DNA of 64,000 nt from an uncultured Candidatus Rokubacteria bacterium (GCA_963789955.1 CAWBMV010000021.1:42876-106875), one strand, 5' to 3'. Shown: positions 10,200 through 21,278, counted from the first letter of the stretch. Numbers and translations: made by a program. The notes: generated by a model not told the origin, from the letters alone.

Positions 10200-12325
10200 G
10201 CCTGTCCCGCTACGCGGTCGCGCGTGAGGATCAGGTTGCCGAAGCGATCCGCCACGACGCGCTGGCCGGGATAGACGACCGTGGTCGCGCCGTACTCCTC
10301 GACGATCACCGGGCCGTTCAGCGTGTCACCGGGCGCGAGGCGCGTGCGCTCGTACACCGGCACTCGAGCGGCTTCTCCGCGAAGACGACCGTCCGCTTGC
10401 CGGTGAGCGCGCGCGCCGGCCGCCCATCGCCCGGCGGGAGCTCGCGCAGCTTGGGCCGCGCGATCGGCCCGATGCCGGTGACTCGCAGATTCACCCACTC
10501 CATCGTCTGGCGGCCCGTCGTCCCGCGATCGGTCGCACGTCGGTAGCTGTAGCCGTATCGCTGCTCGTGGGCTTCGTGGAAGCGCTCTCGCGGCCACGGC
10601 TGCGCTCCGCTCGTCGATCACCCCCGCGTGGCAGCTCCACCGCGACCTCCCAGGCCTGTCCGAAGTATCGCAGATCGGCGCTGCGCTCGACGCGCATCTC
10701 GTGCTCGGCGAAGCCCTCGCGGCGAGCGCCGCGCGGGCCAGCGCTTCGAGTCGCGCGAGGTGGGCGTTCACCATCGCGTAGTCGAGACGATCGTGGCGCT
10801 GGACGAACGTCTGCACGTAGTCGTTCTTGAGGTCGACCGTGAGCAGCCCGAAGGCGGACACGTTCCCCGGCGACGAGCGGGAATCAGCGCCGCGCGCAGG
10901 CGCAGGAGATCCACGAGCCGCCCGGCCAGCAAGGGACCGGAGCCGCCGAAGGCCACGAGCGTGTAGTCGCGCGGATCGAGCCCGCGCTTGACCGACACCT
11001 GCTGGATGGCGTTGGCCTGGTTCCAGGCCGCGATCTCGAGGATGCCCTCGGCCGCGCGCGCGGGCTCGAGGCCGAGATGCGCCGCGAGTGCCGCGATCCC
11101 CTTCTCGCGCCCGCTCGACGTCGAGCTGGATTTCTCCGCCCAGCAGGCGCGGCGGGATGCGACCCAGCAGCAGGTGCGCGTCGGTCACCGTCGGCTCGGT
11201 CGCCGCCGCGCCCGTAGCACAGCGGGCCCGGATCGGCGCCCGCGCTGCGCGGGCCCGACCTTGAGCCCGCCGTCGGGCGCGATCCACGCGATGCTGCCGC
11301 CGCCGGCGCCGACGGTGACGATGTCGATCATCGGCACCTTGACCGGGAATCGGCCCACCGCGCCGTCGGTGGTGAGGCCGGGCACCCCGTGCTCGACGAG
11401 ACAGACATCGGTGCTGGTGCCGCCCAGCATCCGCGGTGAGCACACGGTCGAAGCCCGCGGCCCTGGCGAGCAAGCTCGCGCCGAGCGCGCCCGCCGCGGG
11501 GCCGCTCAGGATCGTCGTGATCGGCTGCGCCGCGACTTCGCGCGCCGAGATCACCCCGCCGTTCGACTTCATCACGTAGAACGGCACGCCCGCGCGAGCT
11601 CGGTGTCGAGGCGCGCCTGGATGGCGCCCACGTAGTCGGACACGCGCGACTTCACGAACGCGTCCACGAGCGTCGTCACCGTGCGCTCGTACTCGCGGTA
11701 CTCCGGCAGCACCTCGGAGGAGATCGACACGTGCGCCCCGGGATGCTCGCGCTCGAGGATCGCGCGCATGCGCTGCTCGTGCTCGGGATTGGCGTAGGCA
11801 TGGATGAAGCTCACGCCGATGGAGTCGATGCCGTGTCCCGGAACCAGCGCGCCACCTCCACGGCCTGCCGCCTCGTCGAACGGGCGCAGCACCTCGCCGC
11901 GGAAATTCAGCCGCTCGGGCACCTCGCGCACCAGGTGGAGCGGAACGATGCGTTCGGGCTTGACCCAGAAGTAGGAGTTGCCGTACCCGCGCGGCACCGC
12001 CTGCCGCGCGATCTCCAGGAGGTGACGGAAGCCCTGGGTGGTGACGAGGCCCAGCCCGGGAACCGCTCCTGGAGGAGCGCGTTGGTCGCCACGGTGGTGC
12101 CGTGGGAGACGGAGGCGACGCCGGTCGGCACCGCCGAGCTGGCGCGACGCGGTGTGGTCGACGAGGCGCAGGATCTTGTGGATCCCGTCGAGCACGCCGA
12201 CCGACGGGTCGTGGGGCGTCGACGGTGTCTTGGTCGTGAAGATCTCGCCGGTGCGCCTCGTCAACGGCGACGACGTCGGTGAACGTGCCGCCGGTGTCGA
12301 TGCCGATCCGGAGGAGGCGACTCAC
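10196..12325 (-). CDS. Hydantoinase A/oxoprolinase family subunit, multiple frameshifts
   Basis: IGIDTGGTFTDVV, HGTTVATNA, EYREYER, SGPAAG, GGTSTDV, VGAGGGSIA, AFGGSGPL. Confidence 0.9.
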   Translation of the reverse strand: MSRLLRIGIDTGGTFTDVVAVDEAHRRDLHDQDTVDAPRPVGRRARRDPQDPAPRRPHRVAPARRCRPASPPSPTAPPWRPTRSSRSGSRAGPRHHPGLPSPPGDRAAGGAARVRQLLLLGQARTHRSAPPGARGARAAEFPRRGAAPVRRGGRPWRWRAGSGTRHRLHRRELHPCLRQSRARAAHARDPRARASRGARVDLLRGAAGVPRVRAHGDDARGRVREVARVRLRGRHPGAPRHRARAGVPFYVMKSNGGVISAREVAAQPITTILSGPAAGALGASLLARAAGFDRVLTADAGRHQHRCLSRRARGARPHHRRRGGPIPGQGADDRHRHRRRRRRQHRVDRARRRAQGRARAARAPIRARCATGAAATEPTVTDAHLLLGRIPPRLLGGEIQLDVERAREGDRGTRGASRPRARARGRGHPRDRGLEPGQRHPAGVGQARARSARLHARGLRRLRSLAGRAARGSPAPARGADSRSSPGNVSAFGLLTVDLKNDYVQTFVQRHDRLDYAMVNAHLARLEALARAALAARASPSTRCASSAAPICDTSDRPGRSRWSCHAGVIDERSAAVAARALPRSPRAAIRLQLPTCDRSRDDGPPDDGVGESASHRHRADRAAQAARAPAGRWAAGARAHRQADGRLRGEAARVPVYERTRLAPGDTLNGPVIVEEYGATTVVYPGQRVVADRFGNLILTRDRVAGQA

Positions 12326-12409
12326 AGCTGGCTCGGTTCCTTTGGTCGAGATACGCGGCCGTCGACGCGCGCTCGTTCGGCCAGAGTATATGAAGCGGGA
12401 GTTGAGCGG

Positions 12410-12751
12410 TCAAACGTCGCGACGCGCGAACTGTACGATCACCTTGGCCACCAGCTCGCCGTCCTGGGTGACCTCGCCCTCGGCGACCGCCAGTCGTTTT
12501 CCCTTTCGCAACACCCTACCCTTGCCGACGAGCGGAGCTCGCCGGGCCCGTGAAGGCAGATGCACGGTGACCGTTGCCGGCACCACCGGCGCCTCCACCG
12601 CGCGCGCCGCCGAGATCTCTCCCAATGCGGTGAGGACGGCGAAATGACCCACGTCCGGAGCGATCTCATGCTCCGGCCGCGGATCGAGGACCAGCGAGCC
12701 GGGCTCGTCTCCAGGGCGCACGCCGAGGGTGGCGTTGAAGTCGTTCGCCAC
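12410..12751 (-). CDS. PaaI-like hotdog-fold thioesterase
   Basis: FNATLGV N-terminus; GRVLRKGKRLAVAEGEV hotdog strand pattern. Confidence 0.7.
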   Translation of the reverse strand: MANDFNATLGVRPGDEPGSLVLDPRPEHEIAPDVGHFAVLTALGEISAARAVEAPVVPATVTVHLPSRARRAPLVGKGRVLRKGKRLAVAEGEVTQDGELVAKVIVQFARRDV

Positions 12752-12767
12752 GCGCGTTCTCCTTCCG

Positions 12768-13682
12768 CTAGCTCGGGAAGAATCGGGCCGCGGTGAAGTT
12801 CAGGATTCGATCCAGACCCGCCTGGGGGAACTTCTGCTTCATGGCGGCAATGAGCTCCCCCGCGTTGTGGGATGCCGCCAGGGCCGCCTCGAATTCGACG
12901 AGATAGGCCGTGTTGAACGTGAGCACGTCCGGAGCGTCGGGAAGCTCGGGGTGGTTCTTGTGTCCGGCCACGACGATGCGCGGATTTCGCTCCTGGACCA
13001 GGCGAAGGGTCTCTTGCCAGGCCTTCCGGGATCCCGCATCCGTCGCCCGGAGCGAGAGGTGCACCTGGTTGAACGCGATGTCTCCGACGATCGCGGCGGC
13101 CAGAGAAGGAACCCAGACGACATTGTTCCGCGGCCCGGGCCCCACATCGCCCTGCAAGCCCGCGATGACGTCCACGGACTGACCGTCCACGGTGAAATGG
13201 GTGCCCGGCCACGGCTGCGGGATCAGGATATCCGTGGGAATCGTCTCGGCCCCGAAGCGCGCGCGGATCTGGGCCACCGTGTTGGCCAGGTCACCCTTGA
13301 TGTACTCGATATCCGAAGCGCTCGCGTAAACAGGCGTGCCCGGAAAGCGCCTGAGTAGCACCGAGGCGCCATAGAAGTGATCGAAGTGTGGATGCGTGAC
13401 GAGAATGGCCTTGAGGCGCCGCCCCTTTCCGGCGATGCGGTCGGCCAGCTTTTCCGCGTCGCTGATCCGGAACTGCGTATCGACGAGGATCGCCTCGGTG
13501 TCGCCATAGACGAGGGTCGAGGTCACGCCGATCCCCTGGGCGTCCGCGGTGTAGATATCGAGCGCGAGCGGCGTCGATGCTGCGCGGGCGATGCGGCTGC
13601 CGCCGCCGGTGCACACGATGGCGATCGCGACGATGACCGTCGCGCCGAGGAGCCCGAGCGTACGCAGGTTGTACCGGTTCAT
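12768..13682 (-). CDS. Secreted MBL-fold metallo-hydrolase
   Basis: THPHFDH metal motif, ILVDTQF, GDIAFN, VVAGH; signal peptide; start moved to ATG 13682 (MNRYNL). Confidence 0.85.
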   Translation of the reverse strand: MNRYNLRTLGLLGATVIVAIAIVCTGGGSRIARAASTPLALDIYTADAQGIGVTSTLVYGDTEAILVDTQFRISDAEKLADRIAGKGRRLKAILVTHPHFDHFYGASVLLRRFPGTPVYASASDIEYIKGDLANTVAQIRARFGAETIPTDILIPQPWPGTHFTVDGQSVDVIAGLQGDVGPGPRNNVVWVPSLAAAIVGDIAFNQVHLSLRATDAGSRKAWQETLRLVQERNPRIVVAGHKNHPELPDAPDVLTFNTAYLVEFEAALAASHNAGELIAAMKQKFPQAGLDRILNFTAARFFPS

Positions 13683-13802
13683 ATTGAGGATCCTTTCTGG
13701 CGGAGCGTGAGGCCTCGCTTCAGCGTGCAGTATCATTCCGGCATGCCGCGCTCTCAATGCCCGAACGGCCGAGTTCCATGTCCATTCGTTCTCGGATCGG
13801 TC

Positions 13803-14777
13803 ATGTTTGACGTACTCACGGACGTGCTGGAGCAAGTCCGGCTGGCAGGGACGCTCTACTTCAGCGCCGAGCTACGCGCGCCCTGGGGAGTGAGCGTACG
13901 GCCGGAGGGCCGAGCGCCGTTCTACATCGTGGCCCGCGGCGGCTGCCTCCTGGAGGTCGACGGCGAGCCGGGAGCGCTCACCTTGGCCGCGGGAGACCTC
14001 GCTCTGCTGCCCCGCGCGCATCCGCATATCATTCGCTCAGACGCGAAAGCGCCGCCCGTTCCATTCGGCAGATTCGTGAAGGAGCATCCGATGGACGAGC
14101 GCGGGTTCGTTCAGTGCGACGGCGGCAAGGGCCCGACCTCGACGCTCGTGGGCGGCTTCTTCCTGTCCCAGGAGCTCGAAGCGACGCCGTTGCTCTCGGC
14201 GCTGCCGGCCGTCGTCCATCTCCGAGCGGATGATCGCGATGTCGGGAGCTGGCTCGAGCCGACGCTGCGCTACATCGGGGTAGAGATGAGCTCGCGTACG
14301 CATGGCTCACGCTCTGTACTCAACCGGCTCGCCGACATCCTGTTCATCCAGGCGGTGCGCACCGTTCTGAGCACGGGCGCGCCCGTCCACGCGGGATGGC
14401 TCAAGGGCCTGAGCGACGGACAGGTGGCGAGAGCGCTGGCGCTGATGCACGAGCACTACGCCAAACCGTGGACGCTGACCTCGCTCGCCCGCGAGATCGG
14501 CACCTCGCGGACGGTTCTGGCATCGCGATTCCGGACGCTGGTCGGCGTGTCGCCCATGGCCTACCTCACACGATGGCGGATGCTCCACGCCGCCAGGCTG
14601 CTGCGCGAGCCACGCGCAGGCGTGGCTCAGGTCGCCGAGAAAGTCGGCTACACGTCCGAGGCGGCCTTCGCGAAGGCCTTCAAGCGGACCTGGGGCGGAC
14701 GCCCGGAAAGGTCAGGCGACCGCCCCAGTGACCGCGACGTCGCTCAGCGCATGTTGCCGGTGTGGCCGAGCGAGTAG
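13803..14777 (+). CDS. AraC-family transcriptional regulator with cupin N-terminal domain
   Basis: MFDVLTDVL...APWG; PWTLTSLA...YLTRWRM...VGYTSEAAFAKAFKR HTH; divergent from the MBL gene; extreme C-terminus possibly frameshifted. Confidence 0.9.
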   Translation: MFDVLTDVLEQVRLAGTLYFSAELRAPWGVSVRPEGRAPFYIVARGGCLLEVDGEPGALTLAAGDLALLPRAHPHIIRSDAKAPPVPFGRFVKEHPMDERGFVQCDGGKGPTSTLVGGFFLSQELEATPLLSALPAVVHLRADDRDVGSWLEPTLRYIGVEMSSRTHGSRSVLNRLADILFIQAVRTVLSTGAPVHAGWLKGLSDGQVARALALMHEHYAKPWTLTSLAREIGTSRTVLASRFRTLVGVSPMAYLTRWRMLHAARLLREPRAGVAQVAEKVGYTSEAAFAKAFKRTWGGRPERSGDRPSDRDVAQRMLPVWPSE

Positions 14778-15892
14778 CGACCGGGCTGTGGCCACACGGT
14801 GAGGCCGTGCGGCTCCTTGCCCACGGGAATCGTGACGACCTCGCCCGAGGTCGTGTCGATCACGTACACGACGTTGTCGTAGCGCCCCGAGAGCCAGAGT
14901 CGTTTGCCATCGGCGCTCACGTTGCCCATGTCGGGGCTGCCGCCGTTCGGGATCTTCCACGTCGTGACCACCTGGCGCGTGGCGAAGTCGAGCACGGCGA
15001 CGCTGCCGGGGCCCTTCGGCTTGCCACCGATCACGGACGAGCCGCGGTTGGCGACGTAGAGCTTCGTCCCGTCGCGGCTGGGATAGAGGCCGTGCGTGCC
15101 GACGCCGGTCTTGACGAAGCCGATTTCCTTGAACGCGTCGCCGTCGATCAGATAGACGCCGCCGCGCTTGAGCTCGGCCACGTAGAAGACCTTGCCGTCG
15201 GGACTGATGCGGATGTCCTGGGGAATGCCACCGCCCGATAGCTTGAGGTAGCCGAGCACCTTGCGGTTGATCCAGTCGATCTTCACGAGCCGGCCCTGGT
15301 ACTCGCAGGTCATCAGCAGGTACTTGCCGTCGATCGAGTAGTCGCCGTGGTTGATGCCGGCGCACCCGGGCGCCGCCACCGAGCCCTGAAGCGCCATCGT
15401 CTTCGGATCGCGAAAGTCGAGGCGCTTGAGCGCTTCGGCGACGACGATCGCCGAGCGCCCGTCCGGCGTGAAGTACATGTTGTACGGATCGTCGACGGCA
15501 ACGGGCGGGCCCGGCTTGCCCGTGACCGGGTCGATCGGGGTCAAGGTACCGTCGGTACGGTGCTCGGCATTGTTGGTGACCCACAGGGTGGTGAGGTCCC
15601 AGGACGGCACGACGTGCTGCGGATTCACGCCCACGGGAAATTTGTCGATCACCTTGAGCGTCGCCGGATCGATCACGCTGACGTCGTTGGATTGCAGATT
15701 GGGCACGTACACGCGCGGCAGCGCCTTGGCGACCGCGGGGCTGAGCTTATCGGCCGTCGTCTCGCTGTAGAGGTTGGCCGGATCGGTGACGGGTGGCATT
15801 CCAGGTACGGTCTCGATGGCCGCCACGGCTGCGGCGGTGACGACGAGGAGACCGAGCGCAAGCGCAAGCCTCGTGAGAGGAATTATTGGCAC
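14744..15892 (-). CDS. YncE/YVTN beta-propeller repeat protein, secreted
   Basis: Repeated VSVIDP, SPDGK, VYVIDT, IPVGKEPHG motifs; signal peptide; GTG start inferred. Confidence 0.85.
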   Translation of the reverse strand: MPIIPLTRLALALGLLVVTAAAVAAIETVPGMPPVTDPANLYSETTADKLSPAVAKALPRVYVPNLQSNDVSVIDPATLKVIDKFPVGVNPQHVVPSWDLTTLWVTNNAEHRTDGTLTPIDPVTGKPGPPVAVDDPYNMYFTPDGRSAIVVAEALKRLDFRDPKTMALQGSVAAPGCAGINHGDYSIDGKYLLMTCEYQGRLVKIDWINRKVLGYLKLSGGGIPQDIRISPDGKVFYVAELKRGGVYLIDGDAFKEIGFVKTGVGTHGLYPSRDGTKLYVANRGSSVIGGKPKGPGSVAVLDFATRQVVTTWKIPNGGSPDMGNVSADGKRLWLSGRYDNVVYVIDTTSGEVVTIPVGKEPHGLTVWPQPGRYSLGHTGNMR

Positions 15893-15896
15893 GCTT

Positions 15897-16706
15897 TCAC
15901 CTCTTTGAGGTTTCGATTGATTTTCGAATCGCACTGACTGACTTGCTGACGATCAGGTCGACGCCGAGCTGGCCCAGCTCGGCGCTGGCCCGCTTGGGAT
16001 CGCCCTCGACGCCGCTGGCCTCGCCGGCTGCCGGCTCCACGCGCGACGTGCTGCGAACCAGCCGCGGCTCGAGTGCCAGCGTGAGCGAGGTGTCGGCGAG
16101 GCCCGCGTGCTGACCGATCTCTTCAGCCCGGTAGCCGCGTGTTTTCAGTAACGCATCGTAGTCGGCCGTCGCGGCGCGATAGTACTCCTCCACGGCGTGT
16201 ACGCGGACTGGTGACGCCGCCCACTCGCGGTTGAGGCGAGCGGCGACGGCTCGCTCGCCGGCCTGGGTCGAGCCGTGATCACCGAGAAACACGATGTCGC
16301 GAAAGCCGTGATGGCGGAAGCTCCGCGCCGCGGACTCGAGTGTCTGACGAAATGTCTCCTCGCGCACCGTGATCGTCCCCGGAAACCGCATGTGGCCGGT
16401 CGGCGGCTCGATCGAGCCTTCGGGAACGTACGCCACGACCGGCGCGACGATCGCATTACCGAGCTCACGCGCGATCCGCTCGGCCAGCGCCTTGACCCGT
16501 GCGTTGTGCTTGCCCAGCGCCATGTGAGGGCCGTTCTGCTCGGTGCCGCCGATGGGCAGGAGCACCGTCGTCTTGCCGGCGCGGACGAGAGCCCGAAGCT
16601 CGGTCCACGTCAGATCCTCGAGCAGGATCGTATCAGGGGGCTGTGCGTGGGCCGGCGTGGTCAGAGCCAGGGCGAGACAGAGCGCCGCCAGGCGTGACGT
16701 CCTCAC
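15897..16706 (-). CDS. Creatininase family protein with signal peptide
   Basis: LEDLTWTE, PIGGTEQNGPH, HMRFPGT, GDHG, HAGLADTS. Confidence 0.88.
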   Translation of the reverse strand: MRTSRLAALCLALALTTPAHAQPPDTILLEDLTWTELRALVRAGKTTVLLPIGGTEQNGPHMALGKHNARVKALAERIARELGNAIVAPVVAYVPEGSIEPPTGHMRFPGTITVREETFRQTLESAARSFRHHGFRDIVFLGDHGSTQAGERAVAARLNREWAASPVRVHAVEEYYRAATADYDALLKTRGYRAEEIGQHAGLADTSLTLALEPRLVRSTSRVEPAAGEASGVEGDPKRASAELGQLGVDLIVSKSVSAIRKSIETSKR

Positions 16707-16777
16707 CCTTCGTACTTAGCGCACCGGGGCGCGTAGCGTCTAGAAATTAGTCTTCGTTGGCAGCGAAGTTCGTTCGA

Positions 16778-19700
16778 TCAGTACGTCATGCCGATCTCGC
16801 GATATCTGGCGGTCGCGATGGCCATGTGCTCGTGAGCCGCCTCACCCGGGCCCGTGCGCCGGTACAGCTTGCCCAGACCGAGGTGGCAGTGAGCGACGAG
16901 GGGGCGCATCGCGCCCGGCTCGGCGAGCGCCAGCGCCTTGCGATAGTGGGCCTCGCCTCGTGAGGCGTCGAACTGGTCGGGATGCGTGGCGATATCGCCG
17001 AGCAGCTGGTGGGCATGGGCCGCGCACCCGCGCTGAGACGGAGAATGCGTGAGAGCGCGGTCGGCCAGCCGGTACGCCTCGTCGAGCTGGTCGAGCCGCA
17101 GGGCGGCCCGACCCAGCGCATAGCAGGCTTCTCCGTGGATCCCGACGATGCCTCGCCCCGCCTCACGCTCGAGAAGGTGCTCGCCCTCGCGCAGGAGGGC
17201 CAGCGCCTCGCCGGCCTCGCCGACCTGCGCCAGCGCCCAGGCCGAGCACGCGACGGCATGAGGAAGGTTGAGGACGACGTTGCCCGTCCGGTACGCCGCC
17301 AGCCCTTGCTCGACCAGTGCGCGCGCCTGCGTCCAATCAGCTTTGAGAAGGTGAAGCCAGCCGGCGGCCAGGTACGCCATCCCGACGGGGTAGGCATGAC
17401 GCGTCGGCTCGGCAAGCCGCAGCGCCTCGGTCTTGTACTGCAGAGCCTCGTCGAACCGGCCGAGCTGAGCGAGCCCCCTGACGAGGAGATAGCGATCGTA
17501 GATGGACAACGGCATCGCGGCCCCGAACGACTCGTAGCTCGAGGTCGCGGGCAGCGCCGCGAGGTTATCCATCATGAGCTCGACCACGCGCTCGTACTCA
17601 CCGCGGAAGTAATTGGCTTGCGCGAGATAGGTCGCGGTCAGGAGGCGCAGGCTCAGGTCGCCGCGGCGCCGGGCGATCCGCAGCGCGCGCGCGCCGGTCG
17701 CCAGCGCCTCCTCCAGCTCGCCGAGCTGAGAATGGGCGTTCGTCATGACCGCGCAGACCCGACCTCGCCGGCCGTCGTCGTTCAACGCTTCGGCGATGGC
17801 CTCGGCCTCGCGCAGGCGCTGCATCACACGCGGATACTCACCGAGCTGGCCCAGCAGCGGCCGCAGCTCGAGGCGGATCTCGAAACCCTGCTCGAGCGTG
17901 GACGGGCTCTCCGGCAAGGTCGCGAGGATCTCCAGCGCCTGCTCGAACCAGCTGCGGGCTTCCGGGAGCGCCGACCGCGCAGCGGCTTTCAGTCCCGCCT
18001 GCCGCAGATAGGGCACCGCTTTGTCCCACACTTCGCCGCGAACCGCATGGTGCGCGAGCCGTTCGATCTGCTCGCCGAGGCGATCGCGATGGAGCACCTC
18101 GATCGCGTCCACGAGACGTCGCGTGAAGATCGCGACGCCGCTCCTGCAGGAGGCCCCCGTACGTGACCTCGTGCGTGAGCGAGTGCTTGAACGTGTACTC
18201 GAGATCCGGGAACAGTCGCGTCTCGTAGAGCAGCTCGGCCGCCTGCAGATGCGCGAGCCCGCGCCGCAGCTCTTCTTCAGCGAGGTCGGCCACCGCCAGC
18301 AGAAGCGCGAACGGCACGCCCTTGCCGATGACCGCGGCCGCCTGGAGCAGCCGTTTGTCCTCGGGCGACAGACGATCGATGCGCGCGGCGAGGATCGCCT
18401 GGACCGACGTCGGCACCTGGGCCGCCGTGGCGTCGCGGGCGAGCTGATAGGCCCCGCGTTCGCCGACGAGGGCCTTGGTCTCCACCAGCGCGCGCACGCT
18501 CTCCTCGAGGAACAACGGGTTACCTTCGGTCCGGGTCACGAGCGTGCGCTTGAGCGCGTCGAGGCTCGTGTCGGTGCCGAGCACGCTCGTGAGGAGATCG
18601 TCGGCGCCCCGTTCCGGCAGAGGGTCCAGGCGCAGCTGCCGGTAGTAGGTCTTGCTCCCCCACCCGTGCTGGTGCTCCGGCCGGTAGTTCACGAGCAGCA
18701 GCAGCCGAGCGGTCGGGAGGCTCTCGACGAGGCTATCCAGCACCGCCTCGGTCTCGGCATCGATCCATTGCAAGTCCTCGACGAGCAGCAGGAGCGGCTG
18801 CACCTGACTCTCTCGCAGCAGCAATCCCTTTCACGGCCTCCATGGTCCGCTGCCGGCGCTGGGAGGGATCGAGCCGGGCCCACGCGGCATCCTCGACCGG
18901 CACGTCGAGCAACGCGAGCAGTGCCGAGAGAGCGGGCTCCAGAGCTCGGTCGAGCGACAGGACCTTGCCGGTCACCTTTTCGCGGATGGTCCGTGTCTCG
19001 TGCCGCTCTTCGATGCGGAAATACGCCTTGAGCAGATCGATGATCGGGAGATAGGCCGTGGCCTTGCCGTAGGAAGCCGAGCCGCTCTCCAGCACGTGGC
19101 AGCCTTGCAAGCGATGGGAGTGCGTGAACTCCCAGTACAGGCGAGATTTGCCGACCCCGGGCTCGCCGACCACCGCGACCACCTGGCCGTGTCCGCCCTG
19201 GGCGCTTTCCAGCGCCTGATGGAGCTGCTCGATCTCGCTGTCGCGCCCGACAAAGCGGGTCAAACCGCGGGCGGCGGCGGCGTGCAATCGTGAGCGGACC
19301 GCGCCGGGCCCGACGATCTCGTAGACTTCGATCGGCTCCGAGAGGCCCTTCACCGGGACCGGCCCTCGCGACGTGACCTGGATGTAGCCCTCGGCGAGCT
19401 GCAACGTCATCGGTGCCAGCAGGATGCTGCCGGGTGCCGCCAGCTGCTCGACGCGAGACGCGAGATGGGTCGTCTGGCCCACGGCGGTGTAGTCCATTTG
19501 CAGATCGGAGCCGATGGCTCGAACGACCACGCCGCCCGAGTTGATGCCGACACGAATCTGGATGAGGACGCCGTGCGAGCGGAACATCTCGTCGGCGTGA
19601 CGCTTGACCGACTCCTGCATCCTGAGCGCCGCGTAGCACGCGCGCACGGCGTGATCCTCGTGCGCCACCGGCGCTCCGAAGAGCGCCATGATTCCGTCGC

Positions 19701-20171
19701 CCAGCACCTGGTTCACCGTCCCCTCGTAGCGGTGGACGGCTTCCATCATGAGCTCGAGGACCGGGTCGAGGAGCTTGCGGGCGTCCTCGGGATCGCGGTC
19801 GCCCAGGAGCTCCATCGAGCCCTTGAGATCCGCGAAGAGAACGGTCACCTGCTTGCGCTCGCCCTCGAGCGCGGACTTCGAGGTGAGGATTTTTTCGGCG
19901 AGGTGCTTGGGGGTGTAGGCGTTCGGGGAGGCGAAGCGCGGCTGGGGGGTCGCGGCGGCGCCGTGGCGGGGTGCGCGGTGACGCCCGCGCGGTGACGGGA
20001 TTCGTCGAGATTCGCGGGACGCGTCGGATGCGCGCACTCCAGGCAGAATTTCGCGGCCGCGGGCAGCTGGGCGCCGCAGCTCACGCAGCGGGCCTCTTTG
20101 AGCGGAGTCGCGCACTCCAGGCAGAACTTCGCCCGCGAGGGATTCTCGGTCTGGCAGCGAGGGCAAGTCAT
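16778..20171 (-). CDS. Zinc ribbon + class III cyclase + AAA ATPase + TPR protein, frameshifted near 19950, 18825 and 18115
   Basis: MTCPRCQTENP..KFCLEC; ERKQVTVLFADLKGS; GDGIMALFGAP; GEPGVGKS; EGNPLFLEE; YTFKHSLT; C-terminal TPR-like helices. Confidence 0.88.
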
Positions 20172-20197
20172 CGGGTGGGAGCAGTATAATCGCCGCC

Positions 20198-20602
20198 ATG
20201 GTCGCCGGCCCACGGCTGACGCTCGGCGGTTTCCTCGCCCGCTTCGCGCTTGCAGTTCTCGTGGTCGGCGCCACCTACAATCCCACTCCGTATTCGTATT
20301 ACGCGTGGGTCAGGCGCACCGGGTTCGAGTGGAGTCCGCCGACCGTATTCGGCGGCGTCGTCCTGCTGATCGGATGGTTCATCTGCGTGCGCCTCGCCTT
20401 GCGCTCGATGGGCGGCATGGGCCTGCTGCTCGCCAATGCGTTCCTGGCTGCGCTTTACTGGCTCGTGGGCAGCTGGGGGTGGCTCCCGATTCAGAACGTC
20501 GCGGCGATCTCGTGGCTCGGGCTGTTCAGCGTCGCGGCGATTCTGGCTATTGGGATGTCGTGGACGCACTGGCGGCGGCGGTCGATCATGCCGCCGGGGT
20601 GA
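20198..20602 (+). CDS. Small membrane protein, DUF6524-like
   Basis: ATYNPTPYSYYAW and LAIGMSWTH motifs; about four TM segments. Confidence 0.65.
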   Translation: MVAGPRLTLGGFLARFALAVLVVGATYNPTPYSYYAWVRRTGFEWSPPTVFGGVVLLIGWFICVRLALRSMGGMGLLLANAFLAALYWLVGSWGWLPIQNVAAISWLGLFSVAAILAIGMSWTHWRRRSIMPPG

Positions 20603-20806
20603 TTGCGCGCTCGTCGGGCTGATCTGGGCATCACCTCGACGCTGCTGCGCTCCGGAGCCGCGTTTTCGCGCAGATGTAGGACGAGCCGTCTCGGAGCGCG
20701 CGTGGCACGCCGTCCGGCGACTCATGAATACTTGCCGCTTCGGCATGGTCGAACAATGTGCGAGGTGAGGACTATGGCAATTAAGGAACTCTGATCGATC
20801 GCGCTT

Positions 20807-21145
20807 GTGGCGGTCGCGATCATGCTTGCGGCCGCATCGTTGAGCTACGCCGCGCCGCGCGGCGGGCCTGGCATCCCGGGGCATCCGCCGGTTCCGCACT
20901 TCGATGGCCATCATGCGTTCCGTCCCGGCTTCGACGCCCGCCACCATTTCGTGCGCGGGCCGCACGTCGGTGTGTTCGTCGGTGTGCCGCTCTTCGTGCC
21001 GCCGGCGTACCCGGCGTACTACCCGCCGGCGTACACGTACGAGGCGCCGGCGCCGAGCTACTGGTACTACTGCCCGAGCTACGGCGCGTACTACCCGAAC
21101 GTGTCCAGCTGTCCGGAGCCGTGGGTCCCGGTACCAGCGCAGTAG
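20807..21145 (+). CDS. Pro/Tyr-rich secreted hypothetical protein
   Basis: Signal peptide; C-terminal YWYYCPSYGAYYPNVSSCPEPWVPV motif; true start may be ATG 20774 with a frameshift. Confidence 0.7.
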   Translation: MAVAIMLAAASLSYAAPRGGPGIPGHPPVPHFDGHHAFRPGFDARHHFVRGPHVGVFVGVPLFVPPAYPAYYPPAYTYEAPAPSYWYYCPSYGAYYPNVSSCPEPWVPVPAQ

Positions 21146-21278
21146 CGTAGCGAGCTCTTCTCGCGTCAGTCACTCGAGCGGCGCGGCCCGAGAATCCGGG
21201 TCGCGCCGCGTTTCGCAAGCCTTGACAGCCGTGGTGGGCTCCCGAATAATCACGCCACTTCGGGAAGGAGACACGCCC

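Noticed and set aside
15897..16706. Creatininase as an MftE-like peptidase for the RiPP
   Set aside because: It lies about 26 kb away, has a signal peptide, and sits in an unrelated operon.
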